DNA of 32,000 bases, from the NCBI GenBank assembly GCA_951812855.1, contig OX638337.1, positions 1,230,001 through 1,262,000 on the forward strand. The letters run 5' to 3'. Shown in pieces: positions 17,646 to 26,511 of this stretch (within the stretch, counting starts at the first letter, position 1; every line of letters starts with the position of its first letter). A model generated the notes under the pieces. The model was not told the origin of the DNA. It worked only from the letters and a program-made list of their open reading frames with translations, and did not search any database. A program made the position numbers and the translations under genes. The stretch comes from an uncultured Lentisphaeria bacterium. GTDB taxonomy: Bacteria > Verrucomicrobiota > Lentisphaeria > JABSQK01 > JAJFLO01.

Positions 17646-19292
17646 ATGTTACACCTCACCAAACACAAAATTCTTACTTATACTGAAATCTTCTTTATAT
17701 TCCTGGCAGCATCGTTTTTATTCGGCACCACACAGAATGAAAAACCGGACTGGGAAAAACCATATTTGCCAAAAACAAATAATTGGCAGGCAAAAAAGCA
17801 GCACTTCATTTTTAATAATGGTACAGATCCTGAAAGCCTTGATCCTGCACTGATTACTGGAGTTCCCGAAAGCAGGTTGGCAGCTGAATTGTTTGAAGGG
17901 TTGATCAATCTCGATCCAAAATCACTGGAACCCCGACCCGGGATTGCTTACCGATGGGACATCAGTGATGATGGATTAATTTATGAATTTCATTTGCGGA
18001 AAAATGCAAAATGGAGTGACGGTTCTGAATTGACAGCCCATGATTTTTTTCATTCCTGGAAACGAGTTTTAACGCCTTCTACAGGAGCATCCTATGCGTA
18101 TCAGTTATTCCCGGTAAAAGGTGCAGAAGATTTTCACTCAAACCGAAGCAAATCATTTGATGAGGTGGGAATCAAAGTCATTAATAATCATACATTTAAA
18201 GTCCAATTAAAGGCACCCTGCAGCTATTTCCTTGATCTTGCTGCATTTCATACATTATTCCCGGTGCCTGTTTCAGTAATAAAAACGCATAAGGCGCAAT
18301 GGGTCAGGCCGGAGAATATTATTTCAAACGGACCGTTTAGATTGGAGACCTGGAAACCACGGCAAAAAATAGAATTGGTAAAAAATAAATTTTACTGGGG
18401 CAGCATGATTTGTAAATTAGAAAAAATTACGGTGTTTCCCTACGATAATCTTGATACGGCCTACCAGTTATTTTTACAGAATAAAATTCATTGGATGCCG
18501 GCCATTCCACTTGAAAAATTAAGTGAAATAATCAGGAGTCCCGATTACTATGTTATGCCGTATTCAGGGTCATATTTTTACCGGTTCAATGTTACAAAAC
18601 CGCCGTTTGATGATGCTCGGGTGCGTAAAGCATTTTCATTGGCAATTGACCGCAGGATAATTACCGAACACATTTTAAAGGCCGGGCAGCAGCCTGCAAC
18701 CTGGTTTTGTCCTCCGGTTTCCGGATACAGGCCAGTGCCCGGATTAAAGTATAATCGAGATAAAGCAAAACAATTATTAACAGAAGCAGGTTATGGTGCG
18801 GGTGGGCGTCCTTTCCCGAATATCGAAATTTTATATAATACCAGTGAGCAACATAAAAAAGTTGCTGAAGCAATAGTTCAGCAATGGAAGAATAACCTCG
18901 GAATTTCAGTGTCTTTGAGAAATACTGAATGGAAAGTGCTTCTCAGTGATATGGATAATTTAAATTTTCAAATTATCCGATCAAGTTGGATCGGTGACTA
19001 TGGCGACCCAAATACTTTCTTTGATATGTTTGTCACCGGTGGCGGTAATAACCGAACGGGATGGTCGAACAAAGAATACGATTCGCTGCTTTTACAAACC
19101 CGACTGGAATTGGATAAAGAAAAACGGTATCGCCTATTTCAGAAAATGGAACGATTGCTGGTTGAAGAAGAATTTCCAATATTACCTTTATATATTTATG
19201 TTAACCAGGGAGTGTTGAATCAGTCCGTTAATGGATGGCATGAAAATATTAGAGATATCCATCCCCTGAAATATATTTGGCTTGAGGATTAG
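17646..19292 (+). CDS. peptide ABC transporter substrate-binding protein (family 5, OppA/DppA-like)
   Basis: 548-aa ORF with an N-terminal hydrophobic signal or anchor and no lipobox Cys. A family-5 SBP signature region is present (YEFHLRKNAKWSDGSELTAHDFFHSWKRVL). Confidence 0.88.
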   Translation: MLHLTKHKILTYTEIFFIFLAASFLFGTTQNEKPDWEKPYLPKTNNWQAKKQHFIFNNGTDPESLDPALITGVPESRLAAELFEGLINLDPKSLEPRPGIAYRWDISDDGLIYEFHLRKNAKWSDGSELTAHDFFHSWKRVLTPSTGASYAYQLFPVKGAEDFHSNRSKSFDEVGIKVINNHTFKVQLKAPCSYFLDLAAFHTLFPVPVSVIKTHKAQWVRPENIISNGPFRLETWKPRQKIELVKNKFYWGSMICKLEKITVFPYDNLDTAYQLFLQNKIHWMPAIPLEKLSEIIRSPDYYVMPYSGSYFYRFNVTKPPFDDARVRKAFSLAIDRRIITEHILKAGQQPATWFCPPVSGYRPVPGLKYNRDKAKQLLTEAGYGAGGRPFPNIEILYNTSEQHKKVAEAIVQQWKNNLGISVSLRNTEWKVLLSDMDNLNFQIIRSSWIGDYGDPNTFFDMFVTGGGNNRTGWSNKEYDSLLLQTRLELDKEKRYRLFQKMERLLVEEEFPILPLYIYVNQGVLNQSVNGWHENIRDIHPLKYIWLED

Positions 19293-19298
19293 CAGCCT

Positions 19299-20225
19299 GT
19301 GTTGAAATATTTAATTTATCGTTTACTTCATGCTCCCTTAGTACTTTTTATTTTATTGGCAATAACGTTTTTTTTAATGCATGCTGCCCCGGGAGGTCCG
19401 TTCTCCGGTGATCGCCGTTTAGATCCGGAAATAGAAGCGGCGATTCATGCAAAATATAATCTGGATAAACCGGTTTATATTCAATTTTTTATTTATCTGC
19501 GTGATGTAGCAAAGGGGGACCTTGGCCCGTCCTATAAACATAAAAATATTAGTGTTAATGAAATTATCGGTACAGCATTTCCGCAGTCATTTATATTGGG
19601 ATTTATAGCATTTGTTATAGCGTTGGCGTTCGGACTGACTGCCGGTATAATTTCAGCATTAAATCATAACACCTGCCTTGATTATGGTGTTATGTCTCTG
19701 ACTGTCATCGGATTAAGTTTACCAACATTTATTATTGGTCCAATGCTTCAGCTCGGATTCGCTGTTTACCGGCAGCTGTTACCGGTCGCCGGGTATGAAG
19801 GAATCTCATCACCGGAATACTTGATACTGCCGGCATTTACCTTATCACTGCCGTTTGCTGCACGGATTGCAAGATTAATGAGAACGGGTATGATTGAAAT
19901 TCTTAGCCAGGACTTTATCACGACAGCCCGGGCGAAAGGACTGCCGGATTATGTCATTGTCATTAAACATGCACTGAGGGGTGGAATATTACCGGTTGTA
20001 AGCTGTTTGGGGCCGGCATTTTCTCAAATTATTACCGGATCGCTTGTTGTGGAAAAAATTTTTCAAATACCGGGATTGGGCAGAGAGTTCGTTGAAGGAG
20101 CGTTGAATAGAGATTATACGCTTGTAATGGGAACCGTTATTGTATACGGAATTTGTATTATTGTATTTAATTTGGTATCAGACATCATATACGGCATTCT
20201 TGATCCCCGGGTATGTTATGGATAG
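19299..20225 (+). CDS. peptide ABC transporter permease, OppB/DppB-like
   Basis: 308-aa ORF with a GTG start. It has the canonical MLKYLIYRLL N-terminus and an EAA-loop region (FITTARAKGLPDYVIVIKHALRG). It begins 6 nt after the SBP gene. Confidence 0.88.
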   Translation: MLKYLIYRLLHAPLVLFILLAITFFLMHAAPGGPFSGDRRLDPEIEAAIHAKYNLDKPVYIQFFIYLRDVAKGDLGPSYKHKNISVNEIIGTAFPQSFILGFIAFVIALAFGLTAGIISALNHNTCLDYGVMSLTVIGLSLPTFIIGPMLQLGFAVYRQLLPVAGYEGISSPEYLILPAFTLSLPFAARIARLMRTGMIEILSQDFITTARAKGLPDYVIVIKHALRGGILPVVSCLGPAFSQIITGSLVVEKIFQIPGLGREFVEGALNRDYTLVMGTVIVYGICIIVFNLVSDIIYGILDPRVCYG

Positions 20226-20248
20226 TTTCTGCAATGATGATTAGAATC

Positions 20249-20276
20249 AAATGCCGAATTTTCTTAAATGCCGAAT
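20249..20276. repeat. tandem 11-bp direct repeat AAATGCCGAAT (period 17 bp)
   Basis: Copies at 20249-20259 and 20266-20276 lie in the convergent spacer between oppB and the histidine kinase. Read directly from the sequence. Confidence 0.5.
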
Positions 20277-20330
20277 CCGGTATTTATTCCTGCAGACAGG
20301 ATAGAATGCGTGTGCCTTTTAGTAATTTTT

Positions 20331-22376
20331 TTACTGCAATCGGGGGAAAAAAATGAAAAACTCAGAACCATTGCCTACGTCACTTTCAACATGAATCCAC
20401 CCACTGTGATTTTCAATACAACCATATGCCATGGCAAGTCCCATACCGGTTCCCTTATGTTTTTTTATTGTGAAAAAGGGTTCAAAGATTCTGTCTTTTA
20501 TCTCATCAGTCATTCCGCATCCATTATCTCCAATTCGAATAACAATAAAATCGCCGGCTTCCTGTTTTTTTTCGTCATCTATAGATTCTGAAATCCGTTT
20601 GTTGAGGTCAGTTATATTCAGATTATTAATTGTTGTATCATGAGTCGTATCAAGAAGTGTGACGGTATCGGTCAGGTTTTTGTGCGGCGTGTCTCGCCAT
20701 CCGGGGGTAACTTCAAGTGCCGGCTCTGCCCGAAACGTAATTTTACCTTTACTCTCGCCGATAGCTCCTTTTGCATTAAGTAAGATATTGAGAAGCACTT
20801 GTTCTAACTGGGTAAAGTCACCTTCCACAATCATTGTATCAGGATGAACAGCGATTTTCAGTTCGATTTTTTTACCTAAAATGGGTCGAAACAATCGAGA
20901 AGATTGTTCGATAAGATCTGCGATATCAATTGCAACAACTTTGTATTTTCCCCCGCGTGCGAAACCAAGAAGTTGACCGGTTAAACGAGAAGCTCGTTTA
21001 ACCGCGGAACCAATATTTGATGTTAACTCCCTCGCCTTTGGATTGCGGGCAACAATAGAATAAAGCATGTCGATACTTCCCTGTATCGCGTGTAAAAGGT
21101 TATTATAATCATGGGCAATTCCCCCGGCCAATTTACCAACAGCTTCCATTCGCTGCGAATCGATTAGCCGGGATTGCAGAGTTTCACGCTCTTTTTCTAA
21201 ACTCTTGCGCTGGGTTATATTTCGAGCCACAAGAAGCACGGCCTTATTTTGTTGGATATCTATCCGGCATAATGTTGCATCAATAAGTAATTCTGTGTTC
21301 TTCTTTGTTGTAATTATCCATTCATGACCGCTATAATGATAATCATTCTGAATGTCTGTAGTTTTGAACGAATTAACAATTTCCTCCCAATTAATGAAGT
21401 CGTTCTCGTTTATTTTAATTATCGACTGAATTTTTAATGCAGAAAGCTCATCAACAGTGTATCCAAGGGTATTTAAAACGATTTTATTTGCATCCAATAC
21501 CATCCCGGAATGATCGATGAGAAAAATTAAATCATTCGTATTTTCAACAACCATTTGGTATCGACCCTCCCATTCTCTGACATTTGCCTGGAGCCGCTTT
21601 GCCTGCCCATAGCTGCCGAGAAAAGCCATAATAATGTCTAATGCACTCCGTGAATCGGTTTGGTCTTTATTATGAACATTTCTCAAATTCAAGTAAACAG
21701 TGGTTAATGTACTGACCCAGATCATTGCAATGGCTCGTGTTAAATATGAAAATTGGAGTTCCTCCCACCATTCCTCAGACGGATAGTTTGTTACAAGTTC
21801 ATAAAAAAATGCATCAAGCACTTCCGAAAAAATCAGTGCTGCAAAGACAGACACATTTAATCCAATATTCCTGTTGCGTAATAACTGGTAAACTACTGGA
21901 AGGACGAGAAACACGACAAGAAAAGACAGAAGCGACGCGATCATTAAATGTCGTCCTGACTTAAAAATCGGTCCAATGAAACTCTTTGGAACGTAAGGTG
22001 AAAGATTGTATCCGGGAAAATATGTCTGTGTTTCAGAAAGTATGGAAAAATAGGCAAATATACCGACCATTGCCATCATGCCGACGATAAGCCGCTGAGT
22101 TTCTGTTGTTCCATCGACAATATAGGTAATCAGCAGTGCAGCCATTAGCGGTGTAAAAAAAATCGTGGGTCCGATATTTACATTAAGACCCGGATAGGCA
22201 TGGGAAATATTCATCCCGGCTGCAGTTACAAATTGGGAAAATACCAGCGTTGCACCTAACGATAAATAAAATCCGGCATTGCCGATTGTTTGTTTGAGAC
22301 TGTGAAGCAGCATTAAGGATACAATAACAAATGTAAGTTCTAAAAAAGCTAACCCGTATGCATGAACATATATCAT
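20331..22376 (-). CDS. membrane sensor histidine kinase (polytopic N-terminal domain, PAS, HisKA, HATPase)
   Basis: 681-aa ORF. About 235 N-terminal residues are strongly hydrophobic (6-7 predicted TM segments). A PAS-like segment follows (ENTNDLIFLIDHSGMVLDAN), then an H-box (GGIAHDYNNLLHAIQG), an N-box (LLNILLNAKGAI), G1 (DNGCGM) and G2 (GTGMGLAM). No response regulator is adjacent. Confidence 0.85.
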   Translation of the reverse strand: MIYVHAYGLAFLELTFVIVSLMLLHSLKQTIGNAGFYLSLGATLVFSQFVTAAGMNISHAYPGLNVNIGPTIFFTPLMAALLITYIVDGTTETQRLIVGMMAMVGIFAYFSILSETQTYFPGYNLSPYVPKSFIGPIFKSGRHLMIASLLSFLVVFLVLPVVYQLLRNRNIGLNVSVFAALIFSEVLDAFFYELVTNYPSEEWWEELQFSYLTRAIAMIWVSTLTTVYLNLRNVHNKDQTDSRSALDIIMAFLGSYGQAKRLQANVREWEGRYQMVVENTNDLIFLIDHSGMVLDANKIVLNTLGYTVDELSALKIQSIIKINENDFINWEEIVNSFKTTDIQNDYHYSGHEWIITTKKNTELLIDATLCRIDIQQNKAVLLVARNITQRKSLEKERETLQSRLIDSQRMEAVGKLAGGIAHDYNNLLHAIQGSIDMLYSIVARNPKARELTSNIGSAVKRASRLTGQLLGFARGGKYKVVAIDIADLIEQSSRLFRPILGKKIELKIAVHPDTMIVEGDFTQLEQVLLNILLNAKGAIGESKGKITFRAEPALEVTPGWRDTPHKNLTDTVTLLDTTHDTTINNLNITDLNKRISESIDDEKKQEAGDFIVIRIGDNGCGMTDEIKDRIFEPFFTIKKHKGTGMGLAMAYGCIENHSGWIHVESDVGNGSEFFIFFPRLQ

Positions 22377-22607
22377 GTGATTTAACCCTGCCCCGGAGAA
22401 GGTTGAAATTCATAGATAAATTGCCGAAAAGAATTTCGAATCAATAATCTACGCGTGTATTGTTGTAATTGCATATGTGAATTAAATTTGGATAAGGAAA
22501 ATGTTTGAATTATCTTACACCAAAAAGAAGTATTCTATAAGTAAAGAATTGCATTTCCCGGCTGAATCCACTGATGGAATTTAATCTAATTTGTTCCAGG
22601 GTAAACA

Positions 22608-23150
22608 ATGAAAAGTATTATCCACAGTTTCAGAAAATACAGGTATCGACTTCTATCTGATATGAAGATTGTAAGCGGCTCACCAATCATATCACAGCCT
22701 GCTCTGTTCTGCGGCAAAGGATCTATTACGTTGAACGGTACTGTTAATATAGGCTATTCACGTTCACCCTTTTTTTTAAGCGGTTACAGTTATTTTGAAG
22801 CAAGAACACCGGAATCAACAATAGTAATCGGAAACGGCACTTATATAAATAATAATTTCTCAATTATATCGGAGGGGCCGGGTATTAAAATCGGTGAGCG
22901 ATGCCTCATTGGCCCCGGAGTAACTATTTTTGATTCAGATTTTCATGGTTTAGTGGACCGTTCTTCACCACAAAAGAGTCCTGTCCTGATTGGAGAAAAC
23001 GTTTTTATCGGTGCAAACTCAATTATTCTAAAAGGAGTAACAATCGGCAGTAATTCGACAATCGCTGCAGGTGCTGTTGTCACCAAAGACGTTGCTGCCA
23101 ATGTTATATCAGGAGGAAATCCTGCAAGGGTTATCACGGAATTGAAATGA
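22608..23150 (+). CDS. sugar acetyltransferase, left-handed beta-helix (hexapeptide-repeat) family
   Basis: 180-aa ORF with hexapeptide repeats (IGERCLIGPGVTIFD; IGENVFIGANSIILKGVTIGSNSTIAAGAVVTKDV). Its stop overlaps the next gene's start (ATGA). Confidence 0.8.
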   Translation: MKSIIHSFRKYRYRLLSDMKIVSGSPIISQPALFCGKGSITLNGTVNIGYSRSPFFLSGYSYFEARTPESTIVIGNGTYINNNFSIISEGPGIKIGERCLIGPGVTIFDSDFHGLVDRSSPQKSPVLIGENVFIGANSIILKGVTIGSNSTIAAGAVVTKDVAANVISGGNPARVITELK

Positions 23151-24244
23151 TAGAATTTCTTAATCTCAAGGCTGTAAACCAGCGTTTTATTGAGCCTGTT
23201 CAGGAATCCATTGAGCGGATTCTGAACAGTGGCTGTTATCTGTCAGGAAGGGAACTGGAAGAATTTGAATCGAATTTCGCAACTTATTGCGGCTGCAGTC
23301 ATGCTGTTGGCGTCGCCAGTGGTTTGGATGCACTGATTCTCATAATCAGGGGTTACAAATTCGGTCCGGGCGATGAAATTATCGTACCGTCAAATACCTA
23401 TATTGCTTCTGTTCTTGCAATTACCCTGTGTCAGGCGAAACCGGTTTTTGTTGAGCCGGACCCGGTTACACATCTTCTGGACCCGGCTGAAATCGAAGGG
23501 AAAATATCGAAGAATACAAAAGCGATAATGCCGGTACACCTCTATGGCCGGGTTTGTGATATGGATAAAATTTTATTACTGGCTCAAAAATATAATCTCA
23601 AGATAATCGATGACGCTGCCCAGGCACACGGGACAATTCTGAAAATCGATACAGCCGATAAAAATTGGGAGGAAAGGGCCATAGCATTCAGTTTTTATCC
23701 GAGTAAAAACCTGGGTGCAATGGCAGATGCCGGTGCAGTGGTAACCAATGACAGTGAATTAGCAAATACAATAAGAGCTTTGAGAAATTATGGTTCGCAT
23801 AAGCGTTATTATAATAAATATACGGGTCTGAACAGCCGGATGGATGAGATGCAGGCGGCAATTCTGAATGTCAAACTTCAGCATCTTGACAACGATAATT
23901 CGCTTCGCAGAAAGACAGCAAACCTGTATTTACAAAAAATCAATAACCCAAATATAGTACTGCCGTCTGTCCCTGAAAATCCCAAAAAACATGTCTGGCA
24001 CTTATTTGTCATTAGAACCAGGCACAGAGATGAACTGAGGGACTGCCTTGCATCAAACTCAATTCAATCTCAAATTCATTATCCTGTCCCGCCTCATCAG
24101 CAGGAATGTTATAAAGACTGTAATAAGCTTTCCCTTCCAATTTCAGAGAGACTGGCAAATGAGGTGCTCAGTTTACCCATTTCCCCGGTAATGGCAGAAG
24201 ATGATGTTCTAAAAGTCGCGGAGGTTGTCAATGCCTGGAAATAA
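23147..24244 (+). CDS. DegT/DnrJ/EryC1/StrS-family sugar aminotransferase
   Basis: 365-aa ORF. The N-terminal region is typical of the family (SGCYLSGRELEEFESNFATYCG, GVASGLDAL). The PLP-lysine region reads FSFYPSKNLGAMADAGAVVTND. Confidence 0.88.
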   Translation: MIEFLNLKAVNQRFIEPVQESIERILNSGCYLSGRELEEFESNFATYCGCSHAVGVASGLDALILIIRGYKFGPGDEIIVPSNTYIASVLAITLCQAKPVFVEPDPVTHLLDPAEIEGKISKNTKAIMPVHLYGRVCDMDKILLLAQKYNLKIIDDAAQAHGTILKIDTADKNWEERAIAFSFYPSKNLGAMADAGAVVTNDSELANTIRALRNYGSHKRYYNKYTGLNSRMDEMQAAILNVKLQHLDNDNSLRRKTANLYLQKINNPNIVLPSVPENPKKHVWHLFVIRTRHRDELRDCLASNSIQSQIHYPVPPHQQECYKDCNKLSLPISERLANEVLSLPISPVMAEDDVLKVAEVVNAWK

Positions 24245-25535
24245 TACCCCTCTTGTTTCTGTAATCATGCCGTTTTACAATGGACAACGCTATATGACCC
24301 AGGCAGTTCAGACAGTCCTTGATCAGACTTATAAAAATATCGAAATTGTCGTCGTCGATGATGCATCGCCAAATAAAGATGAGTCATTATTTATTAAAAA
24401 ATTATCAAAAAAATATGCATTCACTCTGGTGTCTAATACGTCCAATAAAGGAATCGGTCAGACTTTAGCCGATGCAGTGAGTGCTTCAAAAGGAGAGTTT
24501 ATTGCTGAATTGTCACAGGATGATCTCTATAAACCCGAAAAAATAGAAGAGCAGATGAAAATGCTGATGAGCAAAAACCTTGATGCAGTTTATGCAATTG
24601 GCGACATTCTATATGAAGGCAGCGATCAACGGGTCCAACGCGACACTGAAAAAATTTCAACCATCATTAATTCAGGTAAAGCAGCGGAATTGCTAAAACA
24701 AAAAAATCTTTCCGGAATTTCGCTTCAGGGACTTTTGGCCAGACAATCAGTAGTTAGAGAAGCGATCATACCCATTTGGAGAGACTATTTATTAGACGAC
24801 TGGCCCGTGAACATTCGGTTATTTGAAAATTACAGAGTTGGTTTCATAGACAAACCACTGTGGACCTGCCGCCTACATTCTCAGAGTACAAGCCGAGACG
24901 TCTGGAAACAGCTTGGACCACAGATCGAAGTCATTGCACGAATGACACCTGAACAGTTCAGAATTGAAGGGATTGGTAATCGACTGGCCAGTTTGGCACG
25001 TAGATTATTAAAGCAAAAATACGATCCGGATACGATTATCCGTCTTGCCGCTGCAGGTCTTGTTCTCACACAATCCGGGGGTCACCATAAAAAGGTATCC
25101 GGAATACTCAATAAGCTGCCTTCGCAACTGAAAAAACAGATCATGATGAACAAATTAAATCTTATTGATGACGCCATGAAATCCGAAAATAATATTGTCA
25201 TCCCGAAGAAACCCGGAAATATCAACTGGAACACTATTGGCAAAGACATTACATCTGAAATACGTAATAATTCAGAGGAAGAACGATTAAATAGAATTGC
25301 GTCCTGCTTTCATTCACTTGCAATTGATGTATTATCAGTCCCGCAGACATTGAATCATGCAGGTTCATCACTCCTGCTCGCATCATTGGTTTTAACTGAG
25401 AATTCAGAGAACGAAAGCGAAATTATTCACGTACTGAAATCGATACAGCAGGATGACAACGATCTGATAAGAAAAAAATATCGATTATTGAAACGTAAAA
25501 TCAACCGAAGTGCCCGATATCTATGGTTAAATTAA
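24231..25535 (+). CDS. family-2 glycosyltransferase with a ~200-aa C-terminal extension of unknown function
   Basis: The GT-A N-terminus reads VSVIMPFYNGQRYMTQAVQTVLDQTYKNIEIVVVDDASPN. The ORF opens at TTG 24225, but ATG 24231 has a GGAGG 6 nt upstream. It overlaps the aminotransferase 3' end. Confidence 0.8.
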   Translation: MPGNNTPLVSVIMPFYNGQRYMTQAVQTVLDQTYKNIEIVVVDDASPNKDESLFIKKLSKKYAFTLVSNTSNKGIGQTLADAVSASKGEFIAELSQDDLYKPEKIEEQMKMLMSKNLDAVYAIGDILYEGSDQRVQRDTEKISTIINSGKAAELLKQKNLSGISLQGLLARQSVVREAIIPIWRDYLLDDWPVNIRLFENYRVGFIDKPLWTCRLHSQSTSRDVWKQLGPQIEVIARMTPEQFRIEGIGNRLASLARRLLKQKYDPDTIIRLAAAGLVLTQSGGHHKKVSGILNKLPSQLKKQIMMNKLNLIDDAMKSENNIVIPKKPGNINWNTIGKDITSEIRNNSEEERLNRIASCFHSLAIDVLSVPQTLNHAGSSLLLASLVLTENSENESEIIHVLKSIQQDDNDLIRKKYRLLKRKINRSARYLWLN

Positions 25536-25541
25536 TCATTC

Positions 25542-25566
25542 CCGGAATTTTCCAGGCTTATTCCGG
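25542..25566. repeat. 7-bp perfect inverted repeat CCGGAAT-N11-ATTCCGG between the GT2 and GT-D genes
   Basis: Read directly from the sequence. It has no U-tract, so it is probably not a canonical terminator. Confidence 0.4.
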
Positions 25567-25638
25567 CACAGCCCTCTGGATAACGGCTTAATATTAGTAA
25601 CCCCGGATCTCAGTATCTTAATTTTGAAGGCGATATAC

Positions 25639-26460
25639 ATGACATTAATTAAATCTGCTAAAACAATTTTAGGCTATTACGCCGTGAAAAACTTTATAAA
25701 ACTCCAATGGTACAAACACAGTGCAAAAAAGTATATTTCAATGATGCCTTTTGTATATGACGAGATACAAACACTTAAATTAATTGCTGAAAAAAAGCAT
25801 TCTGTCGCTCGATTTGGTGATGGTGAAATTTTAATCTGTCATGGAAAGGGTATATATTTCCAGGAGTACGACGACCGATTATCTTCACGCTTAAAGGAAA
25901 TTTATTATGACGATTCAGTTGATAATTTAATTATCTGTACAGCCCCACATGTAAACAGTTGCTTTCGAGTAACGGCCAGGGTAGAACTTTTTATTTATAA
26001 ATTTTTTGCAAGGTGGAAAGAGACGTATGTTAAATTGTTAAATCCTGATAAAAAGTATGGTTCAACATTTATAAGCAGGCCTGATGCATTTACTTTCGGA
26101 GGAAAAGATTGGGAAACCTATAGAGACCTTTTAAGAATGATCTGGGACCAAAGGGATGTATTAATCGTTACGGGAAAAGGCAGCAGATTTTCATTAATTC
26201 CCGAGCTTTTTAATAATTTAAAGTCCAGTGAATTCCTATACGGCTTATCTGAAAACGCATTTGATGAATATGATGAATTACTAAACCAAATTAAAGCTAA
26301 TGCAGAGAACAGACTTATTTTATTAGCAATGGGGCCAGTTGCAACTGTTTTGGCATTTGATCTTTCCAAAGAAGGTTTCCAGGCAATAGATATTGGCCAT
26401 TTACCCAGTTGCTGTGAATTGGTCAAGAGTGGCCGGCGGCCGCTAAAAACAGGTTACTAA
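25639..26460 (+). CDS. GT-D type glycosyltransferase (DUF1792 / SP_1767 family)
   Basis: The motif block HSVARFGDGEILICHGKGIYFQEYDDRLSSRLKEI matches my recollection of the DUF1792 signature (RFGDGE ... FQ). The ORF opens at TTG 25624, and the first ATG is at 25639. Confidence 0.65.
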   Translation: MTLIKSAKTILGYYAVKNFIKLQWYKHSAKKYISMMPFVYDEIQTLKLIAEKKHSVARFGDGEILICHGKGIYFQEYDDRLSSRLKEIYYDDSVDNLIICTAPHVNSCFRVTARVELFIYKFFARWKETYVKLLNPDKKYGSTFISRPDAFTFGGKDWETYRDLLRMIWDQRDVLIVTGKGSRFSLIPELFNNLKSSEFLYGLSENAFDEYDELLNQIKANAENRLILLAMGPVATVLAFDLSKEGFQAIDIGHLPSCCELVKSGRRPLKTGY

Positions 26461-26511
26461 AATTTATAATCCAAAAGCCTCTTGCGAGAGTATATTTGGA
26501 GATATTTTCTC

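Noticed and set aside
25624-26511. TTG-initiated N-terminal extensions of the GT-D (25624) and GT11 (26482) ORFs given by the ORF track.
   Set aside because: The downstream ATGs (25639 and 26512) give N-termini that match the family-typical beginnings, so the extensions are probably just upstream open frame.
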